Positions 32,668-45,175 of a stretch of DNA of 64,000 nt are shown piece by piece (the first letter of the stretch is position 1; each line of letters opens with the position of its first letter). Below the pieces are notes generated by a model that worked only from the letters and a program-made list of their open reading frames with translations, did not search any database and was not told the origin of the DNA. The position numbers were made by a program, and so were the translations under genes. This DNA comes from Williopsis jadinii (lineage: Eukaryota): NCBI GenBank assembly GCA_024346625.1, contig AP024665.1, positions 1,674,001-1,738,000 of the forward strand, read 5' to 3'.

Positions 32668-34998
32668 ATGATTCCAAGTAACAGAAGGGGGAAGATCAGA
32701 GCTCCTAGAAAGGTATGTCTCATAGGGATTATGTCTCGCGGCGAGAAAAGCGTTCAACAATACTGACTAATTGACTAGAACCTCACCAATGAAGTTGCCT
32801 TCGAAGAGTCATGGCAGGTGTTGGCCGATGCCATTAAGGAGATAGAGAAGAAGAACGCATCCAAGCTGTCGTTCGAGGAGCTGTACAGAAAGTCCTATAA
32901 CCTGGTGTTGAGGAAACATGGGAAACAGCTCTATGAATCTGTAGCACAGTTGGTTGAAGCTCACTTGTTGGAGCTGAAGGACTCGCTGAACAACAAATTG
33001 GCCTTGAAAGTGGACACACATGTGTTCCTCAAAGAGGTTTCAAACATATGGAGTGACCATCTGCTCTCAATGAGAATGGTGAGCGATGTGCTGATGTATT
33101 TGGACAGGGTATACGCAAAGGAGAATCACCTCCCACTGATCTACGATGTTGGTGTGAACTTATTTCGTGATAACATCGTGAAGTATGATAACAACCACAT
33201 TGGAAATGCTCTGAATTCTTTGTTAATGGAGGAGATCACCAATAACCGCAATGGATTGATCATGGACATCTTTTTGGTCAAGTCAATCATAACAATGTTT
33301 GAATCTTTACAAGAAGAGGAGAGAAACCTCCAGACAGGCGAAAATTACTACACTAAGTACTTTGAACCATACTACTTGGAAAAGACTTTGGAGTACTACA
33401 CCAAGATTAGTAATGAACTCTTTGCATTGGGTAACGGGTTAGTGTACATCCAAAAAGTTGACACTCTGATAACGAACGAACAGGACAAGTGTGTCCTATA
33501 TCTTCCAAAAAAAACGTATGATAAATTGATCTCATTGGTCGGTAATGCACTCATAACAGTGAACATAGACAGGGTCATGAGATTCCACGCCGAGGGGTTA
33601 AGAACTTGGGTATTGGATAACAGAATTGATGAACTCAAACTGCTGTACAATTTATTACTGAAAGTTGATTATCTAGATGGATTTCTGGAGCAACTTCATG
33701 AAATCATCATGGAAGAAGGTATGTCATTTGATACACATGATAACCAGCTGCTTGAAGAAGCTCCTACACACTCAAAGCCTAAGGGGAAACATAGCTCGTC
33801 AAAGAAGGCAGCATCCCAAGCAATAGTATGGGTGGAAAAGGTGATCTCACTCAAAGGCAAATATGATACCATCCTCAAGAATTTGAACAATGATTCAAGT
33901 ATCCAAAAGACTATTGATAATGCATTTGTCGAGCTTTTAAACAAGAATCCAAAGATTTCAGAGTACTTGTCGTTGTTCATCGATGAAAACGTCAAGAAAT
34001 CAGCAGATAAGTCTGAAGATGAGTTGGAAACTATGATGAATAACGCAATCATCGTATTTAGATTCATAAAGGATAAGGATGTTTTCGAGAAATATTACAA
34101 GAACCATTTGGCTAAGAGACTGTTGAAATCTTACAAAGACATCGAAAGATCCCTCATCTCCAAATTCAAAAATGAAATTGGATCATCATTCACCTCAAAA
34201 CTCGAAGGTATGTTCAGAGATATAAATCTTTCAAAAGAGGTTTCAAAGAAATTCAACAACAAGAACTTTGAGATAAACGTGTTGACGAAAACCTTCTGGC
34301 CCATTCAGCCACAGGAGAACTGTCAAGAAGTTGTTCTTGCCCCGCAGTTGGAAGATTTGAGAAGTTCATTTGCCAAATATTACCTACAACTGCACCATGG
34401 AAGAAACTTGAGCTGGGCCTATAACTTTGGGTCTGTTGATATCAGAATCCAGTTCGAAAAGAAAATCCATGAGCTGAACATGTCTTTATATTGTGGCCTT
34501 ATAGTATTGCTTTTTGAAGAACATGACTCTTTGACTTTTGAACAAATTGAAATGTTGACGAAGATACCTAAGACTGATCTTGTGAGAAGCTTGCAATCGG
34601 TGGCAGTGGCACCTCGTACAAGAATCTTGACAAAGAAACCAATGTCCAAAGATATCAAACCTGGTGACGTTTTCAGATTCAACTATTCATTCTCAGCTCC
34701 TATGACGAAAGTCAAAGTGCTCACAGTGGCCAACAAAGTTGAAACGGATTCCGAAAGAGCAAAGACCATTGAGAAGGTTGACGAGGACCGTAAGTATGAG
34801 TTGGATGCTGCAATTGTTAGAATTATGAAAAGTAGAAAGACCTTGTCACATAACGAATTGATTGTTGAGACGGTGAAACAGATCACGAGGTTTAAACCGT
34901 CACCACAGTTCATCAAGAAAAGGATAGATGCTCTGCTGGAAAGAGAGTATCTCCAAAGGGATGAAAACGACAGAAGTACATACCACTACTTGGCATGA
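32668..34998 (+). CDS. CUL3: Cullin-3; exon1 32668-32712, intron 32713-32778
   Basis: Exon1 reads MIPSNRRGKIRAPRK. Motifs LSFEELYRKSYNLVL, KDVFEKYYKNHLAKRLL and the neddylation motif AAIVRIMKSRK. The intron is GTATGT...TACTGAC...TAG and keeps the frame. Confidence 0.93.
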
Positions 34999-35097
34999 TT
35001 TTATAAATAGAATCGTTTTTTTCTAATCTAAACTGTAGAATCCGATGTCTTTGAATATGTACGTTATTATTTATTAATCTAGTGTCCTTGGTTGTGA

Positions 35098-38000
35098 CTA
35101 ACAGTAGTATATGGAATGACTGTGTGATGTACCAGAGGCATGGGCTTCAAGGAGAATATTGAACTCATTAAAGAGGTCGAAAAGAGAACATCGATGACTA
35201 TTCATTGCTTCCCCATTGATGAATTTGGCCTGAATATTTGAGTCCGCATGTGCAATGATATTCTTGATGTTGAATGGTGGCTTGAAGAGATAGTTTGGTT
35301 CGTATGGGGGACTAATAGGCTCATCTAACACACGTGAGTCAGTGAACAAATAGGTCAGACTAGTAAAACAATCCACATCGTTTGACCCATCAAGTAATCG
35401 AAACGTTAATATCAACAACTCGTAGACACTTACAAGAGTCGATCTTTCAAGTTTCTGGAAAGACACCCTCCTATATGACAACATGAATGGTAATAGTCTT
35501 ACCGTTTTCATCAGGCAAAAATAATCAACAGCTTGAAGATTTCTGTCAGCTTCGAGTAGCGATAAAAGGGCACTCGTCTGTTCATGCAAATAAACCCAAC
35601 ATGAAGGAAACTTAGCCAATGATTCAATGCTCAACGAAATTAAGCAACAAAGAGAAAATAGCTTAGAATCAGAAATATTCATTGAGACAGCCACCTTCGA
35701 TGGTTGTTGGATAATCATTGGAATAAGATATTCCGAAAAATCCTTTCCTTTATCCAAGCAAGATATGAGCATTTCTTGTAAAAATTTGACACTCTCATAG
35801 ATCTCTCCATCAACTCTGAAAACTTGCTCACCATTTGAGAGAAGTGCTTTCCTCTTAGAGATGTCAAAGATAGCACACAAAGTCTCCATAGCCTGGGACG
35901 TGCCAACATAATCAGAAGCATATATGTTGAGATATTCGACAACTCTTCTCACAAATATTCCATATGATGATTGTGGATCTCCACCATTATTGTCAAATTC
36001 AAATTTCAATCTGTTGATTAAAAATGAAAGAAATCTCATACGGGAACCTGCTTTTTCGTTGTTAATCAGATTGTGAACAAAGTTTAGCACGATCTGTAAA
36101 CGATTTGTCTGTATCAAGGTATTTTGACATGACAACAACAGGGGATCCACTTTTGAAACTTCCCTAATGAAAGCGTTCATGCTAGGAGAGTGGGTTGAAA
36201 CCAATAAGTTTTTAACAAGTGATATGAGAATAGTTTCACGGTCATCTCTATAAGCTGTAACCCCTGAGTGCTTTATTATGTAGGCAAAGATTCTGGGCTC
36301 ATCTTCAAACCTATATGACCGAATCAATTTACTCCAATTTGTTAATCCAGCAGAAGTGGTTTTTGCAGAAAGCGTCAGCCACAGTTTTAGAGACGATGAT
36401 GGGTCCATTGACCTTAAGTCATTCATGAGTGTCACTAAGATACTTCTATCTTGTACATTAGAAATGTATTTCTCCAGAATGACTTGTGAAGGAGCAAATA
36501 CTTCCCTTCTAGTACAGAAGTGAGTCAAAACACGAATGAAACTCAATTGCGTTTTTGGTAGCAGTTTTTCAAGTTGTAGACCACTAACAAAGTCAGACCA
36601 GCAGATAAGAAACTCCTTCTCGGTGATATGAGATTCGATGAATTTAGTCAATGGACCCATTGATGTAACAAATTTGTTCGTATTGTTGATTTCAATCAGC
36701 ATATTGAGTGCCTGGAAACATCTCTGAATTGCCAATGTCGAAAATTGATGATGCTGCAACAGGTCAAAAAATCTGGAGTCCAAGTTTTTACTTGAAGCAA
36801 AGGATAGGACAAGTATAATGTTGAGTCTATTACACAGTGTAACAACATCCGAAGAAGTAATCTTAGACACAGGAAGCACCCTTTCCAGCATTCTTGGTTT
36901 GATCCCACTAACTTTACTGAACTCGATGAGTAAGTTGAGATACAAGTTGATTACTGAATCTCTGTTCAAACCATTATTTGATAGGATCACAGGAGGTGAG
37001 TGCTCCATGGGAAAATTCTTGAACTTCATTTCCTTGATGCTATCATACATGGTCAGCAATATTCCTTCATCAATCTTCCATCCCAAACGTGTGAATTCAT
37101 TTATCGACATTAAGGATATAGCGGCTCCATTGAAATCACCAATTTCAACAGATTTTCGAACACTTTTTGAAATAATACGCCAAAAAGCCTTTTGAGGTGG
37201 GAATCTTATACAAAGATCTCGTAATAGACCAAGATCCTTCAGTCCTGAATTTGCATACACATCCCAAGTCATATCGTTCTTACCTGAAAATAGAAATGAT
37301 ACAGCTTCGCTGAATAATCCATCTTCATTAAACTTTCGTCTCAAAGTCCCAGGACTGATGTACGATGAGAATTCAAAGAACAAAGAGAAGACCTCTCGTG
37401 ATTTCTGATTCAAGTCAAAGATTGAGAGGTAATTGGTCTCAAAGATTCTATTGACACACATATAGAAGATGTAACACGAGGCCAAACAGTAAAGCTCATA
37501 ATCTCTGATGGTTCTACTGGCCCTTATTTGTGATTCAAGGTTACCATAGAAGTTATCCACCATTAATCTCAAAGATTTGGCCTGTGTTACGTCAAGATCG
37601 CAGCAAAAGACCATGATGTCCTGGATGTTCTTTATAAGAGTGAGCTTTGGTATGGATGTGAGAATTGAAGAGTCTATCAATGTGTCAAAAAGCTCACGAA
37701 GATCATTGTTCACATTCGAAGATAACTTTGAGAACTTGAGAGTCTTTTTGCCAAATATTGCTTGAAAGGACTTTACTTCAAAATTGCAACACCCTTTAAA
37801 AAGAATATTGTAAGCCTGTGAATTCATGAAATGACTCATATATGTTGTTTGCTCATGAATGTGTGCAGCATCGACTTGATCATTGTACTCATCAATATTA
37901 ATGACATTTCTCTGGGGTAACTTTCTTGGTAGAACTGAATAGTCGTCAGCCAAAGTTTCAAATACCACTGTTGACATGTGTCCATGTCTTCCCAACATAG

Positions 38001-39609
38001 AATTACTTGTTGGCCGGAGAGAATAGTACTTGGATGAATTATGGTCTCGTCTACTGTCCTTGGATCCTTCGGCTGCATTATGGCTTTCCGTGATATTCCG
38101 AAGTGGGACTCTAACGACTGGTTTCCTCGTAGGCACTGATTTTGGAAACATAGTACCGATACTTGTTCCTCTCATCCGCTTGGTTTTTGATATTTCATTC
38201 ATGTCGGAACTCCTCTTCTGCGAGTCTGGCGATGATTTCCTTTGGGTAGACGTTTTCACACTCACAGAACCGTTGTGCTTGCGTTTGAATACCTTTGTTG
38301 ATACTGAACGGTTGGTTTTACGTGTTTGATTCTTTGCATTTGAAACATGTGGTTTCCTCGGTGCTGATGCAAGCATTCTGTCGCCTCCAAATCCTCTGTC
38401 TTCCATTGTCTCGAGATCATCATCGTTATCGATATAACCCACCGAGGTGATACCTGAAGGATAAAAGGTCGTTTCTTCATCTCCGTTATCAAACATTTCA
38501 AGTGCAGGTGTCGGATGAACATTGCGGATATCTTCGTCATCGGACAGTACTTCTCCAACTGATGCGAGCTCTCTTAATCCATCTTCACCTTGAGAATCAT
38601 TTGTGAATATCGAATCAAACCCATGTACTGTTTTATCTTGAGCGGAATGCTTGATTTTCTTTCTTCTAGCAACACCAACGCGTTTGTCTTCTAGGTGATT
38701 TCTCTTCTTAACCACTCTCTTTGAACTTGTCTTGAATACGCCCAAAGAAGAAAAGTATGACTTGGGCAACTTTGAAACTCTTGCAAGTTCATCGATGCTT
38801 GTATAGGTTTTACCCCTGAAGGTAACATTAATGCTGCTATCCTCTTCTTTATCAGCACTGTCCATAGTAGATGAATCTCTCCTCTGTTGTAGAGTGTCAT
38901 TACTTGCCCCATTGTCATCTTCTTCATCATCCTCAGAAGACGACGAATCTGTTGAAGGTTCTGATCCTTCACTGTAAGATTCCTCTTCTTCTTCCTGCGC
39001 CCTTAACTGTTGTATATCAACGTCCTGGGTATCCATGTCCCTGATATATGTGCCTGTATCCTTATTACCATTGCTACTTCCATTTTTCCTCGTCTTCTTC
39101 TTGCGTACAGAACCAGTCTTCAAGAATTGTGGCAAAGTCCCCTCGTGGAACATCTCTATGAGGGCTGGGTTCTTTTTCACCAAATCAGTAGCACTAGCTG
39201 TATCTATGCCCAATGTGTACGATACACAATCGATAGTGTATATATGCTGTTGGTAAAAGGATATGTTTCTTCTTCGTGAACCTCTCCCATAGTGCATCTC
39301 TCCATTATCAGAACTGGCTGATCCACTAGGTACCGGGGCATCAGAAGGGACATTATGAGGGGAAACACCCAAGTCAGATAACACGTTGGTATCTGAAGCA
39401 TCATTAGGAGGCAGTGGCTTATGCAATAACTCTTCAAATCTATCGAAAAGACCACTATCGACCCCATCTGTTCGATAGATCTCTGTCGCTAGACGTGTTT
39501 TCCTCGTCCTTATAGCGCAATCCAGCTTCCTTTGGGACAGTTCTAAGTGAAAGCTCTCTTCATCAACCTCAGAGTCAGCGCAGCAACCCTCCAACTGCTG
39601 GTCTGTCAT
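35098..39609 (-). CDS. MMS22: Probable Mms22 (Mus7) replication-repair factor
   Basis: ~1500 aa with N-terminal ADSE and R..R.R....Q.H.Y..D...Y motifs. It lies next to BUD6-EST2 as in S. cerevisiae. The first ATG is at 39609. Confidence 0.7.
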   Translation of the reverse strand: MTDQQLEGCCADSEVDEESFHLELSQRKLDCAIRTRKTRLATEIYRTDGVDSGLFDRFEELLHKPLPPNDASDTNVLSDLGVSPHNVPSDAPVPSGSASSDNGEMHYGRGSRRRNISFYQQHIYTIDCVSYTLGIDTASATDLVKKNPALIEMFHEGTLPQFLKTGSVRKKKTRKNGSSNGNKDTGTYIRDMDTQDVDIQQLRAQEEEEESYSEGSEPSTDSSSSEDDEEDDNGASNDTLQQRRDSSTMDSADKEEDSSINVTFRGKTYTSIDELARVSKLPKSYFSSLGVFKTSSKRVVKKRNHLEDKRVGVARRKKIKHSAQDKTVHGFDSIFTNDSQGEDGLRELASVGEVLSDDEDIRNVHPTPALEMFDNGDEETTFYPSGITSVGYIDNDDDLETMEDRGFGGDRMLASAPRKPHVSNAKNQTRKTNRSVSTKVFKRKHNGSVSVKTSTQRKSSPDSQKRSSDMNEISKTKRMRGTSIGTMFPKSVPTRKPVVRVPLRNITESHNAAEGSKDSRRDHNSSKYYSLRPTSNSMLGRHGHMSTVVFETLADDYSVLPRKLPQRNVINIDEYNDQVDAAHIHEQTTYMSHFMNSQAYNILFKGCCNFEVKSFQAIFGKKTLKFSKLSSNVNNDLRELFDTLIDSSILTSIPKLTLIKNIQDIMVFCCDLDVTQAKSLRLMVDNFYGNLESQIRASRTIRDYELYCLASCYIFYMCVNRIFETNYLSIFDLNQKSREVFSLFFEFSSYISPGTLRRKFNEDGLFSEAVSFLFSGKNDMTWDVYANSGLKDLGLLRDLCIRFPPQKAFWRIISKSVRKSVEIGDFNGAAISLMSINEFTRLGWKIDEGILLTMYDSIKEMKFKNFPMEHSPPVILSNNGLNRDSVINLYLNLLIEFSKVSGIKPRMLERVLPVSKITSSDVVTLCNRLNIILVLSFASSKNLDSRFFDLLQHHQFSTLAIQRCFQALNMLIEINNTNKFVTSMGPLTKFIESHITEKEFLICWSDFVSGLQLEKLLPKTQLSFIRVLTHFCTRREVFAPSQVILEKYISNVQDRSILVTLMNDLRSMDPSSSLKLWLTLSAKTTSAGLTNWSKLIRSYRFEDEPRIFAYIIKHSGVTAYRDDRETILISLVKNLLVSTHSPSMNAFIREVSKVDPLLLSCQNTLIQTNRLQIVLNFVHNLINNEKAGSRMRFLSFLINRLKFEFDNNGGDPQSSYGIFVRRVVEYLNIYASDYVGTSQAMETLCAIFDISKRKALLSNGEQVFRVDGEIYESVKFLQEMLISCLDKGKDFSEYLIPMIIQQPSKVAVSMNISDSKLFSLCCLISLSIESLAKFPSCWVYLHEQTSALLSLLEADRNLQAVDYFCLMKTVRLLPFMLSYRRVSFQKLERSTLVSVYELLILTFRLLDGSNDVDCFTSLTYLFTDSRVLDEPISPPYEPNYLFKPPFNIKNIIAHADSNIQAKFINGEAMNSHRCSLFDLFNEFNILLEAHASGTSHSHSIYYC

Positions 39610-40169
39610 ATCATAGAGAGCCTTATTCTGTGTGTACTCTACCCTCAGCGAGCCAGAAGGAAAGATTGTTTGTTTACCTTTTTTGCTCTTCCCAGGCCGA
39701 TGGCAGCGAACGCGATTTTCTAGGCTCGTCCCACCGACCAGTCGCGCTCGCGCGGGCGCGTAGGCTGTCGGTAATTTACTAAGGGAAGAGACGGGCAGAG
39801 AGATTCGTGGTAATTGCACCAATCGAAGAGGTTTATATCATAAAATGACATAAAACACTAACTCTAGTTATCATGAGATAACTCCATCTAAGATCATGCA
39901 AAAAACACTGCTATATAACCGTTCAATTGGAGCCATTCTATCATGTGTACTCTGCGAGCCATGTTCTGGTGTCCGGGTGTTTCGGTCTTTTCATTTCGGA
40001 CCCAACCGCTCACGTCACCATCAGCACGAAAAGACAACAACCATCACCGGAAAGCGCAACCCATAATAGGACCAGGAGGACGAATCACAGCTCAGCAGTG
40101 GGGACCACGCCTATAGGGACTGTTTTTACTACGAGGGATAGGTGAACAAGCAATTCGAGACGGCACAAA

Positions 40170-42563
40170 ATGTCCCAGTCACCTTCGAAGAGACACTCAG
40201 TATGTTATTTCCATTCCAATGTCAGCGGTTAAACCAATCGCGTTGTGAAGTATCGCTTAGAACTAACAAGTAATTCAAAGTTGAGTACCATCGAGTCCAG
40301 TGTTACGAGGTTACTTGTTGCTACGAAGCATTTGTTGGAGAGCCTTACGCAATGGGCTAAGGGATCGGCATCCGAAACCGATATATCTGATGCTTATGTT
40401 CAGTTGGGTAACGAATTCAAGGTTGCGTGTAGGGCATTCACAAATGCTGGTGTTAATGTTAGTGACCTGGGTGATGTTCCACATGCACTTCGGGTTGTCT
40501 TGGAAGAAGCACTATGTGAGACACCATCACAGGAGAGCCTTGATAAGTATTTGCCTTCAATTAGAGAAATCATTGTCTCGTTATTACAGAGCCTCAAGAC
40601 GAAGCAGAACTTGGCTCGTGCGATGAAAGCCAATAAAGCTAGAGATTCACTGAGATCAACACCAAGTGGTGAGCCATCAGCAAGAAGCAGCGGCGTTGCT
40701 TCTTTGCCTCCTGCTGTTTCTGTCTCTCAACAAAGCTTCCAACAGGAGAAGCAAAAGTTTTTGCAATCACCAGATTCACAGCAATCACAACAACAACAGC
40801 AGCAACAGCAACAACAGCAGCAGCAACAGCAGCAGAAACAGGATCAAAACCAGACAAAGATTGAAATACCTAAACATAGGTCTGCATCCGCTGGAGATAC
40901 ATCAGTTGGAGATACACCAACCCCGTCGCACAGAGCTGTATCGGACAATGTAGAAACAGCTTCAAGACATACAAACAATGCTTTAGAGCAACTACAGAAA
41001 GGGGATTCTTTACAACGTCGTGCTTCAAGAAGATTCTCTGCTTATCAATACGCTAAACTCACGAGTTTTTCTCCTGGTAAAGACCCTGAATTGCCAGATT
41101 CTTCCATCTTGGAGAGAACCAAGAGCAATATGAGACGTAGTAATTTGAGTACCACGTCAACTCCGGTCAGCAAGATTGGCAATAAATCAAATTCTATCAC
41201 TGTTTTTTTGAAGATTCGTGATCGTGTGAAGAAATGTGAGCTGACAGCCCCTATTACACTCACAACATTGCGCTTGTTGTTTGTGGAAAAGTTTGCATAT
41301 TCTCCTGGTTCAGGTCAGTTTCCAGATATTCTCATATTGGACAAAGATGCTGGTGTTTCTTATGAGCTAGAAGAGTCCATGTTTTCAAGTATAGAGGATG
41401 GTTCCGTTCTTTCGTTAAATGTCAGTGTGAATGCTGACATAATGGAAACTGTTAACAAGAACATTGAAAAGTTGATGGAACAGTTCCAAGAGAAACAAAA
41501 GGAGTTCTTTCAGAGTACACGTGATTATATAGATAGCTCCACTACTGATATTCTCAAAAAGCTTGAAGAAATAGTTGAGAATTCTGTCACCATTCAACAA
41601 CAACAACCGCAACAACAAAGACCATTGCAACATGAAGCAGGAAAAGAACCTTTGGAAAAAGAAATCAAGAATCCAAGTACTACAAAGGATAAGAACACTG
41701 TTAATATCCTCTCGGATATGTCTGACCTCTTGAACATCAGGCATGAAATTTCTGTGATTAAGCAGATCAATAATTCAAACAAAATGGCGTTCAAGGCGTC
41801 CATTGATAAAGTTCTTCAGAAAGTCAACGATTTCAAGTCATTATCGTTGGACTCTTCTAAGGCTTCGACTCGTACTTACATGGAGGAATCACAGCAGAAG
41901 TTATCTAAGGATTCGGATGAGTTACTCACGAAATTTGACGACGTCCAAGATTTAATCGAGGCATTGAGAAAAGATGTTGCTCAGAGAGGTGCACACCCTT
42001 CAGAGAAACAGCTGGACTATGTTCAAAAACAACTTAATGAGGCGCAGGGTGACTTGGACAATATGGTAGAGTATATCAAGACTGAGAAACCAAACTGGAA
42101 AAAGATCTGGGAATCTGAACTGGATACTGTTTGTCAAGAACAACAGTTTCTCACACTCCAAGAGGATTTGACATTTGATTTGAAGGAGGATCTTGCTAAA
42201 GCCACAGAGACTTATGATCTGGTGAGACAATGTTGTATTGAACAAACTAAAAACCCGAGAACAAGAACAACAACGTTGCCCTTGGCAGAACCTGGAAGCC
42301 TTCCTCAAATTCGAGACGCACTCCTCTCAGAAGTTGAAGCTTTGAAACCAAACCATGACAGCCGTGTTGAGGCGATTGAAAAGGCTGAGAAACTTAGAGC
42401 AAAGGAGAGACAGTTGGCAATGATGAACAAATTTGAGGAAGAGCTGGGTGGCTTTGTCGAAGATAGTAAACTCAAGAAAAGTGGTGGAATTGAAGAAGTT
42501 GATAGAGTACGTCGTATGAAAGACGAACAAAACTTGAGGTCGAACTTTCCACCTCTTTTCTGA
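40170..42563 (+). CDS. BUD6: Actin-interacting polarisome protein Bud6; exon1 40170-40199, intron 40200-40280
   Basis: STIESSVTRLLVATKHLLESLTQW, LQRRASRRFSAYQ, WKKIWESELD and LKKSGGIEE motifs. Poly-Q tract at ~40780-40840. Confidence 0.93.
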
Positions 42564-42601
42564 AAATGGCTGGTATTTCCGTTTTTCATTGACTTGACCT
42601 A

Positions 42602-45175
42602 TCAAACATAGCCATTTTGAAGAAGCTTGATATAACTAATACACTGAGAATGTTTTGAGTTCTTCTTTTGAAGTTCTTTTAAAAAAACTCTCAACACAAG
42701 TTCCTTAGTATTGATTTCAAACTCAGATGGAGCATCAACCTTTTCATAACAGTGTTCAATGATACTGTCAATGAATTTGGCAAATACGTATAAATCGGGG
42801 TTGAAACCTCTTGTGCTTTTGCAGTACGACTTTGCAATGTTTTCACATAGGATCCTAAGCTGTTCTAAGATCACTTCTTTGGAATTGACTTTCAAGCTTA
42901 GTGTGTTATAAGCTGATCTTGATTTGAATATATGACATAGTTTTGTCAAAGTTTTTGAGTATGACGCTGTATGTGGACTACACAGATCATCAAATCTCTT
43001 AACGACCCCAAGTGTAGCATGGGAAATATCAAACCCACAAAAAGTTGTGCTTGTCTCCTTTTCGATCTGTTTTTGAGAATCAAAGTTCGTCGAAGTCTTC
43101 AATTGGTTAATTTCAAGTCCATACTCTTCGACACCATCCTTTGCAATTGTTTCAACTTTACATATCAAGTCCAGACAAGGAGATATGATTAAGAAATCAT
43201 CTGCAATCCGAAGAATCAACGAATTCGTAAACTTGAGGAATCCCAATTTCCTCTCAATGAACTCCTCGTATACAAGATCACAAAAGAGACTCGAAAGGTG
43301 CAATCCTTGATAAACACCATCCTTTCTGGTGAAATTCGAAATGCCAATTTTGGTGATTGTGTTTTGCACTTGAATGCCAACGATTTTGAGTATTTCACTA
43401 CCAGATAGTGTTGTGCAAGCAGTTCTCCCTTGTATAAAAGTCCCTTGTTTATCTGCCAAAGACGTTTTCAGATCTGTTAATGTGGATAAGTATCTTGAAC
43501 AAGTTGAGGATCCATCTGGTTCAAGCTTCCTCACTTCATAAATTGAATATGTCTTATGTTTATCCACAAGTGACTGTATAATCCTCATGATTTTTTCCTT
43601 TGGGAGGGTATCATAGCATGACTTTGCATCAAATTTGAGAAAATAAAGCTGTGGGAGGCCATCATATGTCGATACAAGATCATCTCTGTAATTGGCAATT
43701 GCACGTGGAAGCTGATCGATAGAAGTCAGATGCGGGAAGAAAGTGGTATGTGCAAGTCTTAGTCTATTGAGGATTCTTCTCGCTGGTCTAACTTCATTCG
43801 TCACATGATCTTGGTACTCTTTCATCTCTGAGAGATCTCCCCCTTTCAGTGGAATGTTGATAACCCTAAAGTCGTTGTTCTTCTTTGGCATGACCCTAGT
43901 TGTACACATCATCGCCATGTTGGACTCTGATTGTGTTATACTCTCGAACTGTGGGAGAGGCTGTAAATAGGTATCTCGATAAAAATCTGTGAAGGTTTGA
44001 GACATGTTTCTCCATGTCGTGTGTTTATAAAATAAGAGTTCCTTAGATGTCGATATATGAGTGATGTGAAAGAACGACGTCAACAACCTAGGGAAAAAAT
44101 ATGAGAATAACCACTCAATAAATTGTTTCAAAATGATCTGTCTCTTGACAAAATCTTGCTTATTGATATTCCCAGAGTAATTCTTACCGAGCCACGGTAT
44201 CTCTTTTATCTTTAGACCAGATATTATATCTACCAGACGAATTCCAAATCCCCGTTCTCCATTGATGAGCTTTGCCAAACAATGCAGGATATGAGACTTA
44301 TTCGATTTGGAGCCAAGCATCGCCAAAGGTATCACCTTCTCAAATATCACAGAGCAGAATCTCATCACATTGGATTTGGGTACAGCCCTTTCCAAATTGT
44401 CGATGGATTGTGGTTGTGGGCATATATTGTCAAAGATTAGGAAGTATCTACACGATGTGTGATTCTTCATAGTAATCAGAGCCAAATGACTGAATGGAAC
44501 CAGCTTCTTTGGAGTCCTGGAAGGATGTTTCAACTTCTTGTATTCGTCTTTGAAAACAGTTTGAAGGAATGACAGCTTTGTATTTGGTACTGGGTTCATT
44601 CTCCTTCTCTCCGACATTGGTTTATACAAGCACTGTGTAAGGGTGAACTTGTCTCTTGAAGAAACTTGAAAATACCTTTTCCTTAGTGTACCCCCAAGCA
44701 GCTGGACCATGCAATTCTTATTCTCTGATATTCTGAATGCTGCAGTGTTCAGTAAGATATCAGCCATGGTTTTACAACCCAATATCATATGGAGCCTTCT
44801 CCATGGGTACGTTCTCAGGTTATTAACTGAATCTACCGATGTTGAAGAGAACAACTCTGATTCGTTATTTCCAGTTGCATATCCTTCCACAAGTATGTTT
44901 GAATTGTACCCTAATTTGATTAAATAAACTTGGCAATGGTGTAGGAGTTGGTGAAACGACCATTCGTCGTTTACCTGCATTGATAACCGTTTGTTGAAGG
45001 GTCTAATAATCAAGACATTATCTAGTAAATATTTCATCTCAGAGTCGCATTCCTCAAGGTTAATATCATATTCCTCTTTAGCAAACTGTCGTAGTGATCT
45101 GAAACCATCATCTTGTTCCATAATTGTGGGTATAGATGTCTGTTCACCCGCTTTAGATGATGACAGTGTTTTCAT
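42602..45175 (-). CDS. EST2: Telomerase reverse transcriptase
   Basis: T motif FFHITH...FYKHTTW, motif A KFDAKSCYD, motif B' GVYQGLHLS and motif C RIADDFL. Synteny with BUD6 and TAD3. Confidence 0.92.
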   Translation of the reverse strand: MKTLSSSKAGEQTSIPTIMEQDDGFRSLRQFAKEEYDINLEECDSEMKYLLDNVLIIRPFNKRLSMQVNDEWSFHQLLHHCQVYLIKLGYNSNILVEGYATGNNESELFSSTSVDSVNNLRTYPWRRLHMILGCKTMADILLNTAAFRISENKNCMVQLLGGTLRKRYFQVSSRDKFTLTQCLYKPMSERRRMNPVPNTKLSFLQTVFKDEYKKLKHPSRTPKKLVPFSHLALITMKNHTSCRYFLIFDNICPQPQSIDNLERAVPKSNVMRFCSVIFEKVIPLAMLGSKSNKSHILHCLAKLINGERGFGIRLVDIISGLKIKEIPWLGKNYSGNINKQDFVKRQIILKQFIEWLFSYFFPRLLTSFFHITHISTSKELLFYKHTTWRNMSQTFTDFYRDTYLQPLPQFESITQSESNMAMMCTTRVMPKKNNDFRVINIPLKGGDLSEMKEYQDHVTNEVRPARRILNRLRLAHTTFFPHLTSIDQLPRAIANYRDDLVSTYDGLPQLYFLKFDAKSCYDTLPKEKIMRIIQSLVDKHKTYSIYEVRKLEPDGSSTCSRYLSTLTDLKTSLADKQGTFIQGRTACTTLSGSEILKIVGIQVQNTITKIGISNFTRKDGVYQGLHLSSLFCDLVYEEFIERKLGFLKFTNSLILRIADDFLIISPCLDLICKVETIAKDGVEEYGLEINQLKTSTNFDSQKQIEKETSTTFCGFDISHATLGVVKRFDDLCSPHTASYSKTLTKLCHIFKSRSAYNTLSLKVNSKEVILEQLRILCENIAKSYCKSTRGFNPDLYVFAKFIDSIIEHCYEKVDAPSEFEINTKELVLRVFLKELQKKNSKHSQCISYIKLLQNGYV

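Noticed and set aside
39610..39822. N-terminal extensions given by the ORF track (MMS22; likewise NAM9, SWD1, SWC4)
   Set aside because: These are non-conserved upstream starts running through promoter sequence, non-ATG except for SWC4. Homology begins at the downstream ATGs.
42602..45175. Reverse transcriptase of a mobile element
   Set aside because: The T motif, size and BUD6/TAD3 synteny identify it as telomerase Est2.
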